Shown: positions 19,576 to 29,530 of the stretch, in pieces
Numbering within the stretch: the first letter of the stretch is position 1
How the letters are laid out: every line of letters begins with the position of its first letter
Source: Bdellovibrionota bacterium
Lineage (GTDB): Bacteria > Bdellovibrionota_C > UBA2361 > OMII01
NCBI GenBank assembly: GCA_044356215.1
Contig: JBIKWQ010000018.1
Span: 1 to 47,185, forward strand
Direction: 5' to 3'
DNA: 47,185 nucleotides
Position numbers and translations under genes: made by a program
Notes under the pieces: generated by a model
Database searches by the model: none
The model's input: the letters and a program-made list of their open reading frames with translations, nothing else
Told to the model about the DNA's origin: nothing

Positions 19576-20721
19576 CTATCCCCTCGGAAGACCAAGTAGC
19601 CTCTCAGATATTATTGACCGCTGTATCTCTGAAGTTCCAGCGGCTATCGTCCTTCCTCGCGAATAAAGATAACGGTGTGCCGCCGCGCCCACCTCTGTAT
19701 CTGACTCTCCTAAAGCCGCCTTGGAACCGCTCAAGGAGAGCGCGAAACTGCACAGACGCTGAAACGACTCGCTCCACAGGAGCTTATCCAGTGAACCCTC
19801 AGGCCCCGGCTGAGACCTATCCGAGTACTCCATGAGGTGCTTGTAGGCAAGCGCGCGAGTGGCGCAAGCATCCGCGATACAGTGAGCTAGCTCAATCCTT
19901 TGAGACCCCGACAAAAATGGGACACTCTCTCTAATTAAAGCCCGCAGAGCTACCTCAGATTGAAGCTGGCGAGAGAATGTCAGCACAACCCGTTCAAACA
20001 TGAGTGTTGAAATAGCGATCTTCCACCCCTGCCCCTCCTGTCCAACTAGATTCTCTTTGGGCACGAAGACTTTATCAAAAAACACCTCATTAAACTCGCT
20101 GTCACCACTAATCTGAGTGAGCGGCCTTACAGTGACTCCAGGCGAGTTAAGCGGAACCAAGAGATATGACAACCCGTCGTGCTTTTTCGCCCCTTGAGAT
20201 GTCCTACACAAAACAAAACACCACTCAGCACAGTGCGCGAAACTGGTCCATATCTTTTGGCCCGTTAAATTGTATCCGCCTTCTACCGGAACGGCGGCGG
20301 TTTTCACCGCTGCTAAATCGCTTCCTGCTCCTGGCTCAGAAAATCCTTGGCACCAGATCTCATCTCCAGAGAGAATCTTACTTAAAAATCGACTTTTCTG
20401 CTCGGGAGTGCCGTAATTAATTAGCACGGGACCCACCATTGTAATTCCAAAAAGTCCAAGTATTTGAGGAGCAGCCACCCTCACTAATTCCTCCTGAACG
20501 ATCGCCTCCTCAACAAGAGACAAACCGCGACCTCCGTATTCGCTCGGCCAATGAGAACCAAGCCAATTGGACTCTGATAGAGTCCGCTGCCATCTCCTTC
20601 CGACTTTTTCAAACTCAGCTAACGAAGTTCCCCCCAAAGCCGGCGGAGGATTGAGAGTCAGCCATGCTCGGAACTTTAACCTGAAATCCTCACTCTTTGC
20701 CGATAACGAAAGTTTGAGCAC
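19576..20721 (-). CDS. Acyl-CoA dehydrogenase family protein
   Basis: WCQGFSEPGAGSDLA, GQKIWTS, FNEVFF, TIAAGTSEIQR. Start moved to the GTG at 20721 to avoid overlap with zwf. Confidence 0.93.
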   Translation of the reverse strand: MLKLSLSAKSEDFRLKFRAWLTLNPPPALGGTSLAEFEKVGRRWQRTLSESNWLGSHWPSEYGGRGLSLVEEAIVQEELVRVAAPQILGLFGITMVGPVLINYGTPEQKSRFLSKILSGDEIWCQGFSEPGAGSDLAAVKTAAVPVEGGYNLTGQKIWTSFAHCAEWCFVLCRTSQGAKKHDGLSYLLVPLNSPGVTVRPLTQISGDSEFNEVFFDKVFVPKENLVGQEGQGWKIAISTLMFERVVLTFSRQLQSEVALRALIRESVPFLSGSQRIELAHCIADACATRALAYKHLMEYSDRSQPGPEGSLDKLLWSESFQRLCSFALSLSGSKAALGESDTEVGAAAHRYLYSRGRTIAAGTSEIQRSIISERLLGLPRG

Positions 20722-20734
20722 ACGTACACCGTAT

Positions 20735-22258
20735 TTATATATCGCTCCACTTATGTCCCGACGCCTGCAATAACTCATCCGCCGCAGCAGGCCCCCAAGT
20801 TCCGGCTTCATAAGTGTATACTGGCGGAGGATTTGGCCCCTCCCAGACCTCGAATATAGGAGCAAGCAACTCCCACGACTCTTCGATCTCATCATTACGG
20901 GTGAAAAGAGTCGGATCTCCCTTCATAACATCCAATAACAATCGTTCGTATGCCTCCGGCGATGCTACGCCAAAAGAACTGTCATATGTAAAGTCCATCT
21001 CTACAGGCCTCACCCTGAACCGGGGACCAGGCTGTTTAGAGCTTATTCTGAGGGACATGCCCTCCTTGGGTTGGACCTGGATTGACAAAACGTTGTGCTC
21101 CAGGTCCCCCCTCTGCCTGCCTTTAAACAGTGAGTCCGGAGCTTTATTGAAGAAAACCTTAATCTCCGTGACTCGTTTAGCTAAACGCTTACCAGCTCTA
21201 ATGTAGATCGGCACTCCGCTCCATCGCCAGTTGTCAATCTCTAGTCTTAAAGCTACGTAGGTATCGGTTTTTGAGTCTACAGCCACCCCTTTTTCCTGCA
21301 GATAGCCTGGAACTTTCTCTCCCTTGATTGATCCCGCCGCGTACTGAGCTCTCACCGTATTCTTCCGAACATCCGCGGGTTCCATACGCTTGATAGATCT
21401 TAAAACCTTGGCTTTCTCATCGCGAATACCATTAGCGTCGCTTAGGGAGATAGGAGGCTCTATGCAGAGTAGCGATAGCATCTGTAATACGTGATTCTGA
21501 ACGATATCTCTAACTATGCCGTTCTGGTCGAAATAGGCCGCTCTGTTGCCAATGCCGATATCCTCACAGACGGATATCTGAATGTGGTCAATATACTTGC
21601 GATTCCACAAGGGCTCAAAAATACCATTTGCGAACCTAAACACTAATATATTTTGAACAGTCTCTTTCCCGAGATAATGATCTATGCGGTAAATTTGCTC
21701 CTCAGCCAAACTTTTTCTCAGAACCGCATTGAGCTCTCGCGCCGAATGAGTGTCGTGACCGAACGGCTTTTCTACTACTACAGAGGTGCGTCTTGAGTAT
21801 GCCCTAACGTCCTCAACTAATCCGATCTCGCGGAGGTTCGATGCAATAGGTCCGAAGAACTGAGGAGCCATGGCCAGGTAGTACACATAATTAAACACCT
21901 CTTGCCTAGTGGCACAAAGCATTTCCATTCGTTTCTTCAGACTGTCGAAATCGGACAAAACCGCTCCATCGCATGGCTGGTAATAAAGATTGGCGGAGAA
22001 CTTATCCCAAACTGCGGCGCTGATCGGCCTTCTCGAGTAGTTGCAGATTCCCTCGTAAACCCTTTTGCGGAACTCATCATCACTGAGCTTAGACCTCGAT
22101 GAACCGATCACTATGAAATTATCCGGAAGAAAATCATCTTCCGCTAAATTACAAAGCGCCGGGATTAATTTCCGCGATGTGAGGTCTCCACTGGCACCAA
22201 ATATCACCAATACCGTAGCTGGCGGTTTAGTCATCTTAGTGTCATCGTAACTTGCCAT
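20735..22258 (-). CDS. zwf: Glucose-6-phosphate 1-dehydrogenase
   Basis: GASGDL, EKPFG, RIDHYLGKE. Confidence 0.98.
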   Translation of the reverse strand: MASYDDTKMTKPPATVLVIFGASGDLTSRKLIPALCNLAEDDFLPDNFIVIGSSRSKLSDDEFRKRVYEGICNYSRRPISAAVWDKFSANLYYQPCDGAVLSDFDSLKKRMEMLCATRQEVFNYVYYLAMAPQFFGPIASNLREIGLVEDVRAYSRRTSVVVEKPFGHDTHSARELNAVLRKSLAEEQIYRIDHYLGKETVQNILVFRFANGIFEPLWNRKYIDHIQISVCEDIGIGNRAAYFDQNGIVRDIVQNHVLQMLSLLCIEPPISLSDANGIRDEKAKVLRSIKRMEPADVRKNTVRAQYAAGSIKGEKVPGYLQEKGVAVDSKTDTYVALRLEIDNWRWSGVPIYIRAGKRLAKRVTEIKVFFNKAPDSLFKGRQRGDLEHNVLSIQVQPKEGMSLRISSKQPGPRFRVRPVEMDFTYDSSFGVASPEAYERLLLDVMKGDPTLFTRNDEIEESWELLAPIFEVWEGPNPPPVYTYEAGTWGPAAADELLQASGHKWSDI

Positions 22259-22302
22259 GACGTTATCCGAATATTATCTTGACCACTATTTTAGGGGCCA
22301 CC

Positions 22303-23433
22303 TTAAGCTACCTTACTCATCTTTACTTCGATTGAACTAAGCAGGTCACGATACGAGTCCGCGAAACTATTTACTCCGACCACTTGAAGCTCTTCTAACA
22401 GAGATGACATGCATATTCCCTGAGATTCAATCCAAGCCAACAGCTCTTTTGATTCGGCGAGGCCTTGATGTAGTCTCGGCGAAATATCACCGCCTTGTAG
22501 CAAAGCGTTAACCGTCGCCGGCGGCATAGTATTGACTGTATCTCGCCCGGCGAGCTCCTCTACATACATTACGGCCTTGAAGACTGGATTTTTGGTACCT
22601 GTACTTGCCCAAAGCGGGCGCTGCGCGCGCGCCCCAGATCCCCGAAGTCTATTGAAACGCTCGGATGTGAAGATGTTCTCAAAGGCTTCGTAGGCTAACT
22701 TTGAATTGGCCACTGCAACCTTCCCAAAAAAACGGGTTCGCTCCTCTTCTTTCGCTTTTTTCGCGGCGACTTGAGAATCAAACTTTTTCTCTACAAGAGC
22801 ATCTACCCGAGAAACAAAGAAACTGGCCACTGAGGCGATACCATCCACCCTCAGCCCCTTAGCCGCTCGTTCCTCGAGCGCCCCCAGGTATGCGTCAGCG
22901 ATTTTGACGTAAACCTCGCGCGAGAATATAAGCGTAACATTAACATTTATTCCCTCTGCCAGAACTGCCCGTATAGCCGGCACGCACTCAGGAGTGGCCG
23001 GAATCTTTATCATCACATTTGGACGATTAAGTCTTTGCCATAGTCTCTTAGCCGCCTCGACAGTCCCCGTCGCATCCCTCGCCAAGAACGGAGACACCTC
23101 GATACTGGCAAACCCATCACCACCCGAAGTGGCGTCGTAGACCGGCCTGAGCAGATCAGCCGCTGCCGCCACATCTTGCAGCATAAGCTCCTCGCAAAGC
23201 GCTTCAGCACCTAATCCTCTTAAATCCGATCTGCCCATCTCAGCATCGTAGTTGCTGGTATCGGCAATGGCCTGCTTGAAGATTGTTGGATTGCTAGTTA
23301 AACCTGAGACGCCTTGGGCAATTAAGGACTTAAGCTCCCCAGACTTAAGTACATCACGAGATAGGTTATCGTACCACACGGACTGGCCCAGCAGATTCAG
23401 CGCTTCTATTTGTTTATTTTTGGTGTTTGGCAT
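22303..23433 (-). CDS. tal: Transaldolase (long type)
   Basis: GQSVWYD, GLTSNPTIF, MIKIPAT, ASFFVSRVD, LWASTGTK. Confidence 0.97.
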   Translation of the reverse strand: MPNTKNKQIEALNLLGQSVWYDNLSRDVLKSGELKSLIAQGVSGLTSNPTIFKQAIADTSNYDAEMGRSDLRGLGAEALCEELMLQDVAAAADLLRPVYDATSGGDGFASIEVSPFLARDATGTVEAAKRLWQRLNRPNVMIKIPATPECVPAIRAVLAEGINVNVTLIFSREVYVKIADAYLGALEERAAKGLRVDGIASVASFFVSRVDALVEKKFDSQVAAKKAKEEERTRFFGKVAVANSKLAYEAFENIFTSERFNRLRGSGARAQRPLWASTGTKNPVFKAVMYVEELAGRDTVNTMPPATVNALLQGGDISPRLHQGLAESKELLAWIESQGICMSSLLEELQVVGVNSFADSYRDLLSSIEVKMSKVA

Positions 23434-23679
23434 ATTTGAACCTCTACTCTTCGTCTATCAAAACATATCGCCGGGCAATATAACCAATTTTAATAGCCGA
23501 CGAAACAAATCATTTCTAATTAGACATCTAAAGTTAACTTCCGTTTGAAGTAGTCTGCTGAACCGTAAGACGGGTAGTCGTCTACCGCTACATACTAAAT
23601 GGCGCGCCTACAATTGCCGCAAACGACTGGTCGCGAACTATTGCAGCAGTCTGGTAGCCCCATTCGCCTTCTGAGCGCG

Positions 23680-24465
23680 CTAGTCGGCTATAATTCTCGG
23701 AATATCCATAGCTCCTGGATAAGACAGCGCTTTACGCTTCCTATTTTTGTAAAAGCTATAAGTCGTCATAAGCACGTTCACTGCGTACGGGATACCGTTA
23801 ACGTGGCAGATCTCGTCTCCATAATAAGTCGGGATCGGGCGCTCAACTATACGCATATCCCTCTCCGCCATAGCGAGGATGATCTGAGTATCAAAGTGCC
23901 AAGTGTTAGTGAAAGACTCGAATGGAATCTTTCTAAGGGCATGGGTCGAGTATAATCGATAGCCAGAGTGATATTCAGTAAGGTTTAACCCTGAGAGATA
24001 GTTTTGACACCTTGTCAGGACTCTATTTCCAAAGAACTTATACAGTGGCATGCCGCCCTTAAGGGCATCGATTGGCTTTGACATGCGCGAACCAAAAACC
24101 ATATCAGCCTCGCCCTTCACTAGGGGCTCTAAAAGAATCGGCAATGCTTCCGGGGCATACTGACCATCTCCATGAACCATAGCTACAATATCGAGTCCGC
24201 GGTCGATAGCATACTGGTAGCCAACCTTCTGATTACCACCGTACCCCTGATTACGCTCATTCCTGTGTATGGTCAGCTTATCGATACCGTGTTGTGCCTT
24301 GTAACCAAGAGCGGCGTAGTAACCATTGTCTGAGCTACAATCGTCGATCACAAAGATCTCCTCAACGTCGTCGTATACCTCTTTAGGAATACGCGAAATT
24401 GTCTTGTTCAGGTGGTTAACCGCGTTGTAAGCGATGATAAAAATACCGATCCTTGGCTTACTCAT
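23680..24465 (-). CDS. GT2 glycosyltransferase (DPM synthase-like)
   Basis: IDDCSSD, NQGYGGNQK, HGDGQY, EYHSGYR. Confidence 0.93.
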   Translation of the reverse strand: MSKPRIGIFIIAYNAVNHLNKTISRIPKEVYDDVEEIFVIDDCSSDNGYYAALGYKAQHGIDKLTIHRNERNQGYGGNQKVGYQYAIDRGLDIVAMVHGDGQYAPEALPILLEPLVKGEADMVFGSRMSKPIDALKGGMPLYKFFGNRVLTRCQNYLSGLNLTEYHSGYRLYSTHALRKIPFESFTNTWHFDTQIILAMAERDMRIVERPIPTYYGDEICHVNGIPYAVNVLMTTYSFYKNRKRKALSYPGAMDIPRIIAD

Positions 24466-25919
24466 TTTACCAACGTCCCCACTAAATCATACCCCGATAC
24501 ATCAGTTACCATGACACGACCAAGGTGACCAGCGGCGATCTCTCCGAGTCCCTCAACCACATCATTTATCAAAACATTACCGTCAACTTCCGGAGCCTGG
24601 AAACGGCTTCTAGCAGAGAGAAGAAGCTCAGTCTCTTCATGTTGACCGTCTACCAGAACATCAAGCTCTTGGCCTATATACTCCTGGTTTCGCTTCACAC
24701 GAATCTTCTGTTGAGCCAGCATTATACGGTCGCGGCGGGCGCGTTTCTCTTTCTCCGAGATTTGATCACTCATTGAGTAAGCATCCGTACCCTGCTCAGG
24801 CGAATAGGTAAACACTCCAACGCTTTCGAAATGCCCATCTCCAACCAGAGCCTCCAGATCGCGCACATCTTCCTCGGTTTCACCTGGGAATCCAACAATG
24901 AAAGTAGTCCTAAGTTTAATCTGCGGCGCCTGGGTTTTCACGTATTCAACAAAGCGCCTCGAGCCAAAGCGACCCACTGGCCGCTTCATGGTCTTTAGCA
25001 CCCGCTCACTGGCGTGCTGAAGCGGAACATCCAAGTAGTCACAGACTGAAGGCAGCTCCACGATCGCCTTAAGAAGCTCATCGTCAACACCAACTGGATA
25101 AGCATAAAGCAACCGCACCCACGAAGCCGCTTTGGTCGCATCTATCGATCGTAGTAGATCAACAAGGCGTCCTTTGCCCGTGTCTGTGCCAAAAGCCGTC
25201 AGGTCTTGGGCGACCAAGTTAAACTCACGTACCCCTTGCGCGCTGAGCGCCTGAACCTCTTTGGTGATCGACTCAACTGATCGGCTTCTCATTGCACCGC
25301 GAATCTGTGGAATGATACAGAAAGCGCAAGGGCGGTTACACCCCTCAGAAACCTTAACGTATGCCATGTGGCTCCTAGACGCCAAATGCCGCGGCATAGT
25401 CTCGTCATAAATAAAATAGGGCCGAGCCCCTTCATGAAGGATATCACGCAAATTATCATCAGCCCCCAATGCGGCTTGACCTACACTGAGTAGACCATCG
25501 AGCGCTATAAAAGAATCGACCTCAGGGAGTGCTTTACGGATATCGCCTTTGTACCGTTCAACCATACAGCCCGCCACCAGCAGGCGCCTAAGACTTCCTG
25601 ACTTCTTTAGTTCCGACAACTCAAGGACACAGTCCACGCTCTCCTTCACGGCGCTCTCAAGAAATCCACACGTATTCACAACAGCGACATCGGCGTGAGA
25701 TAGATCGCTGACGATCTCAAAACCGGTATTACGCAGAACCCCGATCATCACCTCGGAATCGACCTGGTTCTTGGCGCATCCGAGCGTAACGATAGCGGCA
25801 CGGCCAGCGAATGCTCGTCCACCCTCAACATTCTGCGGCTCAGAGATATTAACGGCTACAGAGGAGCAGCTTCCAGCAGATGAGCTGTCAGGTTGAATAA
25901 TCGATAGAGGAGACTTCAT
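24462..25919 (-). CDS. rimO: Ribosomal protein S12 methylthiotransferase
   Basis: LGCAKNQVDSE, EGCNRPCAFC, LLYAYP, APEVDG. Confidence 0.96.
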   Translation of the reverse strand: MKSPLSIIQPDSSSAGSCSSVAVNISEPQNVEGGRAFAGRAAIVTLGCAKNQVDSEVMIGVLRNTGFEIVSDLSHADVAVVNTCGFLESAVKESVDCVLELSELKKSGSLRRLLVAGCMVERYKGDIRKALPEVDSFIALDGLLSVGQAALGADDNLRDILHEGARPYFIYDETMPRHLASRSHMAYVKVSEGCNRPCAFCIIPQIRGAMRSRSVESITKEVQALSAQGVREFNLVAQDLTAFGTDTGKGRLVDLLRSIDATKAASWVRLLYAYPVGVDDELLKAIVELPSVCDYLDVPLQHASERVLKTMKRPVGRFGSRRFVEYVKTQAPQIKLRTTFIVGFPGETEEDVRDLEALVGDGHFESVGVFTYSPEQGTDAYSMSDQISEKEKRARRDRIMLAQQKIRVKRNQEYIGQELDVLVDGQHEETELLLSARSRFQAPEVDGNVLINDVVEGLGEIAAGHLGRVMVTDVSGYDLVGTLVK

Positions 25920-25922
25920 AAG

Positions 25923-26681
25923 TTAAGACCCGGGTGTTTTACGTCTATCTAGTATATCTACACCTTTTGGGTACTCTAAAACAAATCTGCCCGAATCAAC
26001 CGAAGACTTATTAACCTGCTGATTTTCAAATAAAATAGCAGTAACATTCCCGCCAACCGAGTTAATTTTAGCGCCTTTTGGGAGGTTTTTATCCCTATCA
26101 ACCAATAAAACGAACCCTTCAAGCGCCTCTTCTCTCCCGGTCTTATCCATTGGGACTAGGCTCAAAATAGGGCCCTCTTTTCCATTACAAGCTGAAACCA
26201 GCTCAAAATCCTGGGTTAGATTACCCAATCCCATCAGGAACGAAACCGGCAGCGCCGACATCAGGACCTTCCCGACCGAGTCGATCATCACTTGCCCTTT
26301 GTCGGGCTGATACATCCACAATTCCTCGTCGCGAATAACGACCTCCTGGGCACGTGGGGCCTTATAACTCCACCTCATTTTACCAGGCTTCGCGAAAACC
26401 ATCGCCCCGGAGCTCTCCTCACCTTCATCAAGAGCAGCGACATACGACTCCTGAACGAAGCCTCCCTGAAGAGACTCGATCTTCGAGTACCCCTCCTGTA
26501 CCTTCGCTAATATCGCGTTTCCCTGCTCCCTTGAGAGCTGCTCTGAAGCTTGAGAGCACTTGAAAGCTCTTGAGGCCTGGCCTGTGCCAAAGGACCCCGC
26601 TGTTTGAGCCACCGCGTAGAAGTTTAAGCTAAAAACTAACGCGAGTGATAACGCTTGAATTCTAAGTATGTTATAATTCAT
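25923..26681 (-). CDS. lolA: Outer-membrane lipoprotein carrier LolA
   Basis: Signal peptide from the ATG at 26681, KPGKMRWSY, WMYQP. lolA-rimO linkage. Confidence 0.85.
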   Translation of the reverse strand: MNYNILRIQALSLALVFSLNFYAVAQTAGSFGTGQASRAFKCSQASEQLSREQGNAILAKVQEGYSKIESLQGGFVQESYVAALDEGEESSGAMVFAKPGKMRWSYKAPRAQEVVIRDEELWMYQPDKGQVMIDSVGKVLMSALPVSFLMGLGNLTQDFELVSACNGKEGPILSLVPMDKTGREEALEGFVLLVDRDKNLPKGAKINSVGGNVTAILFENQQVNKSSVDSGRFVLEYPKGVDILDRRKTPGS

Positions 26682-26745
26682 GACGTTGGAAAGTCTCTCA
26701 CACTGGAGAACTCGACACAACGACCTAGGCTAATCTTTCCAGACC

Positions 26746-27942
26746 ATGACCAACTCCTACTCAGAAGCTAATTGCGAATATTTCACCACAAAAGCTTGTG
26801 GTTCCTGCTCTTTGCTCGCTGTCACACAGGAAGCGCGTTTTAACCATAAATTGAGCAAACTGCGGGAGACATTCGCGACAGCCCGAATAACACCGACACA
26901 TTTTCATCCCCCCGTAGTCACCCACTCGCCCTGGGAGACGAGACACAAAGTAAAGATGAGCGTGACAGGGACGGCAGACACCCCAATAATCGGAGTCACC
27001 CGGCCCGATATGACTTCAAGTGATATAAAACGATGCCGATTATCTAGCGCCCCTATAGCGTCTTTGCTTGCGTTCATGAGTGGATTTATAACGCGTCACG
27101 ACCTCCACCCATACGACATAAGGGCGCGGCACGGCGAACTTAAGTTTCTGATCGTTATGACTACTGCCAACAACGACCAGGGGATCCTGCGCTTTGTTCT
27201 AAAAAGCTCCGAAGTGGTTCCTCGGATCAGAAAGGCGCTCCCCGAATTACTGATCGCATTCCCGTGGCTAAAGGTGATAAGCTGCAATATACAGCCGATT
27301 CCAGCGGCGATTCTAGAAGGCCCGGAGGAGATCGTACTCACCGATTGCGCCGCGATCCGGGATGATGTCGCGGGTGTTCCGCTCTATTTTGCGCCGCAGT
27401 CCTTCATGCAAGTTACCCCTTCAATTGCCAAGCGGCTTTACCGCGCTGCCGCGGATGTCGTTATTGAGAGCCGCGCTCAAGACGTACTCGATCTCTTCTG
27501 CGGGGTCGGCGGCTTCTCACTATCATGCGCTCATGTATGCGGATCAATCACAGGGATAGAGATATCCAAACAAGCGATCGAATGTGCTACCAAGAGCGCC
27601 GCTGAGATGGGGCTTAAAAACACACGTTTTATATCCGCTGACGTTGATAAGTTTCTCTCCGATCGTAGCACCTTAAGTCCCGACCTGGTAATCACTAATC
27701 CTCCACGTCGAGGACTATCCGATAATATCGTAGGGTATTTACTCCAAGCGGCCCCGAAGAAAATAGTTTACTCAAGCTGCAATCCTGAAACTTTCTGCCG
27801 CGACGTAGCGATGCTAGCCGAGCGCTACACCCTAGATTCAGCCACCCCATTTGACATGTTCCCGCTTACACACCACTGGGAGATTCTTGGTGTACTAGGG
27901 AAGGCCGGCAAAACCCATCCCTACTGCGAAAGCGGATCTTGA
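26746..27942 (+). CDS. rlmC: 23S rRNA uracil-C5 methyltransferase (RlmC/RumB-like)
   Basis: C...CGSC Fe-S motif, PQSFMQ, DLFCGVGGF, NPPRRG, YSSCNP, DMFPLTHHWE. Confidence 0.85.
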   Translation: MTNSYSEANCEYFTTKACGSCSLLAVTQEARFNHKLSKLRETFATARITPTHFHPPVVTHSPWETRHKVKMSVTGTADTPIIGVTRPDMTSSDIKRCRLSSAPIASLLAFMSGFITRHDLHPYDIRARHGELKFLIVMTTANNDQGILRFVLKSSEVVPRIRKALPELLIAFPWLKVISCNIQPIPAAILEGPEEIVLTDCAAIRDDVAGVPLYFAPQSFMQVTPSIAKRLYRAAADVVIESRAQDVLDLFCGVGGFSLSCAHVCGSITGIEISKQAIECATKSAAEMGLKNTRFISADVDKFLSDRSTLSPDLVITNPPRRGLSDNIVGYLLQAAPKKIVYSSCNPETFCRDVAMLAERYTLDSATPFDMFPLTHHWEILGVLGKAGKTHPYCESGS

Positions 27943-28149
27943 GCTGCTCTTCGAGTTTTCGAGATGGGAAAAAATCCTCAATGTATCACAGTGGATACAC
28001 TTCCGACCTTCGCTAAAGCTACGGCCGGCGAGATAATGTAGGACCAGACGTAGCCTTGGCGTAGTCTGGTGCGGTTTTTTCCCATCTCGAGAATCGAATA
28101 TCAACTCAACCTCCACTTTCTCGCTACGGGTAGGTTTTGCCGGCCTTCC
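27899..28149. mobile_element. 251-bp MITE with IS5-like ends and CTAG duplication
   Basis: Perfect 17-bp TIR GGAAGGCCGGCAAAACC (27899-915 / 28133-149). CTAG on both sides. The imperfect inverted repeat extends at least 75 bp inward. Confidence 0.85.
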
Positions 28150-28875
28150 CTAGGGAAGCGAGGCGCCTAAGAGCTCTTTGACGGGAAAAGAAATAGATAT
28201 GTCGCTCTCATCAGCTTCACAGTGACGCGCCTCCCCCTTCATTTGAGCTATCAACGCGGCGAGCACCTGTTTATCCCTTTCGCTAGGCTGAGACACACGC
28301 GAACTTTTAACCCCGCCTATCTCAATCAATGACAGGGTCACCCTGTCGGAAATTACCTTGAGCTTCAGCTCCAACGAATTTCCCGTCTCAACAGATCGAT
28401 GCCTTAGCTGGTCCGAAAGAATTTCATTAAGCAGCAGCCCTAGCCTAGTAGCTACCAAGCTAGGTACGAGAACCGGGGCAAGGTCAAAATCAAGTCTAGG
28501 CTGTTCATGAGTTCGCCTGGCACCCGATACTAACTGTGTAGCGACATCTTTAAGATACTCATCGAGTTGTACAGAATCATACCCTCCGGACTCGGATAGC
28601 TTATCATAAACCAGCGCCATGCTATGGATCCGCTCCTCCATCCTCCGGAATATCTGCTGCGCATTGCCCTCGCTCAGCCCTCGTCCTTGTATCCGGAGGA
28701 GGCTACAAACTATCTGCAGATTGTTCTTTATTCGATGATGAAGCTCCTGGAGGAAATCATTTCCCGCGGCAATCTGAGCTCGTGGCTCAGCCTCTTTGAT
28801 CGAATACCCCAATCCGGTTCCACCGGTCTCGGTCGCCTCCGCGGAGCTTAAAGGTACCTGTAAGTCTCTCTTCAT
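28150..28875 (-). CDS. HisKA_2-type histidine kinase core with degenerate ATPase domain
   Basis: ELHHRIKNNLQIVCSLL H-box, RIHSMALVY. No recognisable N or G boxes. Confidence 0.8.
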   Translation of the reverse strand: MKRDLQVPLSSAEATETGGTGLGYSIKEAEPRAQIAAGNDFLQELHHRIKNNLQIVCSLLRIQGRGLSEGNAQQIFRRMEERIHSMALVYDKLSESGGYDSVQLDEYLKDVATQLVSGARRTHEQPRLDFDLAPVLVPSLVATRLGLLLNEILSDQLRHRSVETGNSLELKLKVISDRVTLSLIEIGGVKSSRVSQPSERDKQVLAALIAQMKGEARHCEADESDISISFPVKELLGASLP

Positions 28876-29050
28876 GCGCCAAATCTACAACCGCTGAGTC
28901 CATTACGAAATACCCATGGGACTTACAGGTAACGGGACCCTGCTGTGCATCATATCTGTCGAGATTTTTTGCACAAAAAAGTCGAGACTAGCGTGTAAAA
29001 GCTATGATAGACTGGACGCTGATTTGTACTTTATAAAGGAGGGATCCCCA

Positions 29051-29521
29051 ATGAGACTTGCTTCACGTCTAGGTATTTTTACGTTGTTTTTGGCCAACCT
29101 ATGCGCCCTCCCGGCTAACGACGCAGCCGCTCAGAGCACCCCAGAGGTCGGGGTCAAGGCTCGATGTGTCGCGAATTCTACGCGTGCGCTCACAGGCATC
29201 CTTAAGGAGAAAGTAACAGCACTGTACACTCAGGCGGGACATACGAAGGTAGTGGTTGTGGTCTCGATACGAGCTCAACGTGGTGCTCTAACGAGCGTTA
29301 AGTTCGCCAATTTAGTTGGAGTCACTGGCGTCGCTTTTAAAACTGACGCTGCCAGCGGAGCGCAGCTTACCACCAACGCCACACCTATCGCCGCATCTTG
29401 CGCAGTAGAAGGAACTGCTTCAATAAAGGTCACCTATCTCCCTAGCGGCTCAGTTGCGGGAACTCCGAGAAAGACTGTCACCACAACCCAGACGGTCTCA
29501 CTTGATGGCTCGTTTCTGTAA
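29051..29521 (+). CDS. Secreted hypothetical protein
   Basis: AAGGAGG RBS before ATG 29051, signal peptide ending AAA-Q, Thr/Val-rich, two Cys in the mature part. Confidence 0.75.
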   Translation: MRLASRLGIFTLFLANLCALPANDAAAQSTPEVGVKARCVANSTRALTGILKEKVTALYTQAGHTKVVVVVSIRAQRGALTSVKFANLVGVTGVAFKTDAASGAQLTTNATPIAASCAVEGTASIKVTYLPSGSVAGTPRKTVTTTQTVSLDGSFL

Positions 29522-29530
29522 GTCCCTCGT

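Noticed and set aside
19323..19835. Plus-strand ORFs 19323-19526 and 19542-19835
   Set aside because: The first starts in a MITE-relic end and is antisense to the better-supported small membrane ORF; the second is antisense to the acyl-CoA DH.
20722..20895. N-terminal 58 aa of the 439-aa acyl-CoA DH ORF
   Set aside because: It overlaps the zwf 3' end; family-like sequence begins near the GTG at 20721.
23434..23679. Riboswitch or ncRNA upstream of tal
   Set aside because: Only a short GGTAG-TCGT-CTACC hairpin was found, with no recognisable aptamer consensus.
27895..28116. 73-aa minus-strand ORF
   Set aside because: It lies within the fold-back MITE and has no recognisable motif.
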